A stretch of DNA of 27,108 nt from Candidatus Pacearchaeota archaeon. Its GTDB lineage: Archaea; Nanobdellota; Nanobdellia; Pacearchaeales; GW2011-AR1. The DNA lies in NCBI GenBank assembly GCA_026414385.1, contig JAOAJC010000007.1:1-27108 (forward strand), read 5' to 3'. The translations under genes were made by a program, and so were the position numbers. Below the pieces are notes generated by a model. That model was not told the origin of the DNA and did not search any database. It worked only from the letters and a program-made list of their open reading frames with translations. This document shows, in pieces, positions 24,501-27,108 of this stretch. The stretch's first letter is position 1. Every line of letters starts with the position of its first letter.

Positions 24501-25218
24501 AAAACTCTCCTCTTTTTTGTTCGCATTCTTGTCTTGTCCCAAATTTGCAAACATTATAATCATCTTCTTTTCCTATAATACACGCCCCTTCTTCTTGCGT
24601 CTTTGTTGCAAGCCAGCAATCAATCTCATTTGTTATCTCTCTCTTAAAATTCATTTCAATTCCTTTTCTTTTTGACAAAATCTCGCATCTTTTCTCTGTT
24701 ACAAATTCAGTTTTTTCTCCTATAATGCAGCACCTTTTCTCACAAACATTAACATTTCCATTTGGTTCATTATACCATATGCCTCCTTTTTGTTCGCATC
24801 TTTTCTTCGGTGAAATTATACAATTTCCTTCAAAATTATCAAAACAAGTTCCTATTTTACACTCTTCTGTTTCATCCATCTCTAAAGGAATGCAATTATC
24901 CTTGCAAATACTATTACAAATACTTGAATTGTACTCTTGGCAATATTTTCCATCTTTTGTCTCTATGCATGTTGCAATAACCTCTTCTTGCGCAGATACC
25001 AACCCTTTCTCACTAAAAATGCTTTTTACTAATTTTTCATAAAATAACATAAAAATCTCAATCTTGCTCTTTGAGTTTTTCTTTTGCTCAATCACATTTT
25101 TCTCTCTTATCTCAAAACTTTCGCGAATAAAATAAGAAAATGCAAAAATCATTCCAATTAATAAAATAATCTGCACGATTGCTTTGAAACTCTCGTTCTT
25201 TTTCATCTTAAAAACCAA
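21538..25218 (-). CDS. Giant fusion protein: Cys-rich 'C' module (aa ~80-560), hydrophobic block (aa ~650-720) and 'X'-type repeat module (aa ~725-1226)
   Basis: 1226 aa. The N-terminal anchor is KAIVQIILLIGMIFAFSYFI. An alternative start, MKKNESF at 25206, lies 1 nt after the upstream stop. The N-terminal half aligns to the 498-aa protein and has ~43 Cys. The C-terminal half aligns to aa ~290-803 of the 803-aa protein: ECLPWQAKYGGENCWKCGSDGLPCGKYACESLGREC, VNEPAECKWD, YVRCIDQPW, TNEKAECVYS. Confidence 0.85.
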   Translation of the reverse strand: MVFKMKKNESFKAIVQIILLIGMIFAFSYFIRESFEIREKNVIEQKKNSKSKIEIFMLFYEKLVKSIFSEKGLVSAQEEVIATCIETKDGKYCQEYNSSICNSICKDNCIPLEMDETEECKIGTCFDNFEGNCIISPKKRCEQKGGIWYNEPNGNVNVCEKRCCIIGEKTEFVTEKRCEILSKRKGIEMNFKREITNEIDCWLATKTQEEGACIIGKEDDYNVCKFGTRQECEQKRGEFYPNYLCSNPELKTKCERQKSSGCVKGKDEVYWFDSCGNRENIYDANKARSWNNGMVLSKEKSCSLGTANNPFMNRGTCGNCDYMLGSICGNKTNEQKLDDSMQNFVCRDLSCIDEWGNKREHGETWCHYQSLTGIDNKTMNAMDLPGSRHFVMSCVDGVVRIQPCQDYRAEVCREARIDIGMGKLFSQAGCSANRGSECVEINEKLKEKKADKTKIFEECIKNPDCYIKNVSISKKFAVAECAPKYPVGFNRDREDIESVEEKCGFATKKCKVAEVKTTSGWDCKVNCDCLKEEFIEKMNDMCISLGDCGGKANYLGDYVKNFKVSKQGNSKTKNLKKLLNYDAGKEITIIYANETKDNFIDINPYAQLYAEILLKNESLTEKFLKIISKIKGTSGSTTAILKRQVEAKQGPASLKIAGAIVGGPIGLILLGTGNANILDRFSRGLSEEEVNALTALVYAPWTAPYAIIAVIIMVYGIGIGDTNRVSITYECLPWQAKYGGENCWKCGSDGLPCGKYACESLGRECKYFDESETGIASCRWVNKNDVVPPKIKQLDGVLPEGYSYVDITDRGFTIKTNEEDGCIKSYYKFNFGIALDKLGQCSYIVSGEETEEIVAFDDMHALSGGLFKDNHKIEFFVPSPESFGATLSKPNEKIDFKIFIKCRNGNGYENPVNYVVSMCIKPGEDNSGPIVLGKIPEINFVKADTNLQEISIFVNEPAECKWDYENKDYESMKNVFDCADEDAIRFKSYLAYECNATINLIKNEENIYVRCIDQPWLKGVDEGKRNTMTNSYSFTLKKTNPLKITNIEPGNGSVLVSGVEPMSVKLSLKTTGGLNGNAKCSYKVGESFIRFMETGKNVHKQIFNAITRNDIFGSEEKRIVIKCEDEIGNVAEDVSLFSVRIDNEEPKITRVYNKNNVLYVITNEKAECVYSFEKCDFNYANGTLMQGNAFVHSENFAKKQTRYIMCKDEFENKPGQCAISVRGVNF

Positions 25219-25984
25219 CAGGTATTACACACCCCCTTACAGCAAAATTCATTTTCTTGCCAGAACTTATGTCTTTCAAGCTATATAGTTTAACAGAATC
25301 AGAAGTTACGTATAACCTTATGTCAATCTCAGGATACATCATCATATACCCTGTATATTCAAAAGAACAATATTTTGCTTCATTATTAACAATTTCGATA
25401 GCAACATTAATTAAGTCATATGCTGGATTTGTAATTTCAATTAAAAATTTATCAAAACTAATTTTTGTCTCTCCCTTGCTTGCAATTATTTTTTTCTCAA
25501 CATCAACAATTATCTTTCCTTTAGTCATTGAAATGCTAATGTTTGTTTTTTCACTTTTGATTTCATAATTTTTTCTTTTCAATGCAAAAATTAAATTATT
25601 GATACAATTCTCAATTTTTGGTTCAGCATAAATCAAAATTTCATTATTTATCTCGTTAATAAGCATTGGATGTTGATTTATACAAGGCTTATAATTGCCT
25701 GCATTCTCGCACAAATAAGTTATCTTTGTCTTATTAAACAATTTATAATTTTTCGGCTCAATAAACCCTCCTTGTGGAAGCATAATGTCAGTTGCTTCAT
25801 TAACACTATCTCTAACGCACTTCTCTATTCCTGATTTCAAATCAACTTCCACGCTTGGAACAGGGACAAATCTCTCCCGCATAAACAAAAATACTAAAAA
25901 ACCCACAACAATAATAACTGCAATAATAACATATATAGCAATCTGCCCTCTTTTTCCCATTTTATTATTCTTGCCTTTTTCCAT
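25208..25984 (-). CDS. Prepilin-like (class III signal peptide) protein (cassette B, 'P' module)
   Basis: 258 aa. MGKRGQIAIYVIIAVIIVVGFLVFLF (likely start M9 at 25960). Paralog of 17227..18099 along its whole length. Confidence 0.8.
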   Translation of the reverse strand: MEKGKNNKMGKRGQIAIYVIIAVIIVVGFLVFLFMRERFVPVPSVEVDLKSGIEKCVRDSVNEATDIMLPQGGFIEPKNYKLFNKTKITYLCENAGNYKPCINQHPMLINEINNEILIYAEPKIENCINNLIFALKRKNYEIKSEKTNISISMTKGKIIVDVEKKIIASKGETKISFDKFLIEITNPAYDLINVAIEIVNNEAKYCSFEYTGYMMMYPEIDIRLYVTSDSVKLYSLKDISSGKKMNFAVRGCVIPVGF

Positions 25985-25998
25985 ATATAAACTTATTT

Positions 25999-27108
25999 TT
26001 ATCCTTTAGTAACCACTAAACAATCCTCCTGAACATTTCCAAAATAATCCGTGCATCTTAGATATATTGGTTTTTTAACTGTAAAATCTGCTTTATGCAC
26101 AAACTCTTTACCTTCCATTAAAATCCATTTTCCATAATCTCCTTCGCACCCATCGCGATTATAAACACACTCCGCCTTTTCGTTAGTTATAACATAAAGC
26201 ATATCTTCCTTGTCATAAACCCTTGTTATTTTTGGCTCTTCGTTATCTATTTTGACTTTGAATCTTGCTATTCCTTCTGCAACATTCCCGATAGAATCCT
26301 CACATTTTATCTCTATTGTCTTTTCCTCATCTCCAAAAATATCATTTTTCCATAATGAATTAAATATCTGTGAATGTTTGCTTCCAAAAGTTGTTGAGAA
26401 TTCAACATATTTCTCTCCTACTTTATAACTACATTTTGCGCTATTATCTATCCCTCCTTTTGTTTCTAAACTTAATTCAATCGTTGCAGGTTCAAATCCT
26501 AAAACTATCTCTTCATTATGTGGCTTAATATTATCAATTTTTAACATCAGAGTTTTCTTTAAGTTAAATGAATAGCTTCTTGTCATTGCATTTCTAAAAC
26601 TTTCGTTAATTCCTTTCAACCATGGTTGGTCCTTACACCTCACATATAAAGTAGTATTTTCTTCGATAGGCAACACCCCATAACATCCATATGCAATCAC
26701 TCCAGCATACATTCTCTCATCTTCATATAAACAATCAAAGGTGTTGTTCATTTCATCATAATTTTTGTCAATCCTATCCCATTTGCACTCTGACGGCTCA
26801 TTAAGGTATATTGTAACATTTGAATTTATAGTATTAGCAAGGACAAATCCATTAATTGGCTCATATCCTAAAATTATCGGTTCAGCAACATCTTCTCCAG
26901 CTTTTAAGCACATACTAATCACAAAATCTGCTTTGTTTTCATATCCGTTTACATTCACGCATTTCACAATCAAGTCAAGCATTATTTGTTCATCAAAACC
27001 AACTATCCCCAAACTACTTAAACTCGGAGCCATAAAAGGCATCGTATGATTATATGCAAAAGCACTTCTCTCCCCAAAATAATATGGCATTTGTTTATAA
27101 TCTATGCT
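25999..27108 (-). CDS. 'X'-type repeat protein, C-terminal part only (the 5' end lies beyond the window edge)
   Basis: The frame is open to the window end (…SIDYKQMPYYFGE aligns with KIDYEHPNSYENMSFYFGE of the 803-aa protein). About 60-70% identity by eye to aa ~860-1226 of the 1226-aa protein: IDNEEPKITRVYDKEDMLYVITNEKAECVY vs IDNEEPKITRVYNKNNVLYVITNEKAECVY. Confidence 0.85.
   Translation of the reverse strand, partial: SIDYKQMPYYFGERSAFAYNHTMPFMAPSLSSLGIVGFDEQIMLDLIVKCVNVNGYENKADFVISMCLKAGEDVAEPIILGYEPINGFVLANTINSNVTIYLNEPSECKWDRIDKNYDEMNNTFDCLYEDERMYAGVIAYGCYGVLPIEENTTLYVRCKDQPWLKGINESFRNAMTRSYSFNLKKTLMLKIDNIKPHNEEIVLGFEPATIELSLETKGGIDNSAKCSYKVGEKYVEFSTTFGSKHSQIFNSLWKNDIFGDEEKTIEIKCEDSIGNVAEGIARFKVKIDNEEPKITRVYDKEDMLYVITNEKAECVYNRDGCEGDYGKWILMEGKEFVHKADFTVKKPIYLRCTDYFGNVQEDCLVVTKG

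Noticed and set aside
16075-25568. Many plus-strand ORFs inside the cassette array: 16075..16365, 16095..16475, 16878..17072, 17091..17342, 17450..17734, 17957..18208, 18390..18617, 19015..19636, 22890..23090, 23204..23449, 24084..24287, 24725..25042, 25257..25568, 25785..26009 and 26765..27049. Also the minus-strand out-of-frame ORFs 16917..17108 and 20211..20411.
   Set aside because: They are shadow ORFs in AT-rich DNA opposite or overlapping long minus-strand genes. Those genes' paralogy with each other confirms the real frame.
1-27108. Search for CRISPR arrays, transposases/integrases, toxin-antitoxin pairs and defence-system ATPases/nucleases
   Set aside because: I saw no regularly spaced direct repeats and no recombinase, nuclease or NTPase motifs apart from Hjc. 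The only tandem DNA repeat is the in-gene 39-bp duplication.

Overview
This is a low-GC (~30%) archaeal window, most likely from a small-genome DPANN-type lineage. That placement rests on the eS19/eL39/eL31, Cbf5, TrmY and Hjc genes, the tight gene packing and the GGAGGT Shine-Dalgarno sites. Positions 1-~958 are the 3' third of a 23S rRNA with no 5S after it. An RNase P RNA (1131-1464) and tRNA-Phe(GAA) (1519-1590) follow on the minus strand. Positions 1.7-13.3 kb are mostly plus-strand housekeeping genes: a frameshifted mscL, a pilin-like pair, an NFACT-R/DUF814 protein, YhbY, eS19, eL39, eL31 with a long K/E tail, a YvcK/CofD-like protein, Cbf5, TrmY, DUF362, an acylphosphatase-like protein, class II LysRS, a small histone-fold protein, a membrane-tethered wHTH protein, a secreted coiled-coil protein and Hjc. 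Two accessory regions follow. (i) At 13337-15135, a 36-aa ORF ends 2 nt before a radical-SAM/SPASM enzyme fused to a class I SAM methyltransferase, which makes a candidate RiPP-like module. Next to it is an internally deleted metG remnant. (ii) At 15721-27108, an 11.4 kb minus-strand array carries paralogous, tightly packed genes. Each cassette encodes a membrane protein with tandem beta-sandwich-like repeats (X), a protein with a type IV prepilin-like KGQ leader (P) and a secreted protein with ~8% cysteine (C). One gene fuses C and X, and 27-42 nt DNA tracts are identical between two of the paralogs. I recognise no characterised family for X, P or C. I regard this array as the best candidate for an undescribed cell-surface or host-attachment system. 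All homology statements come from motif recognition by eye, not database searches.
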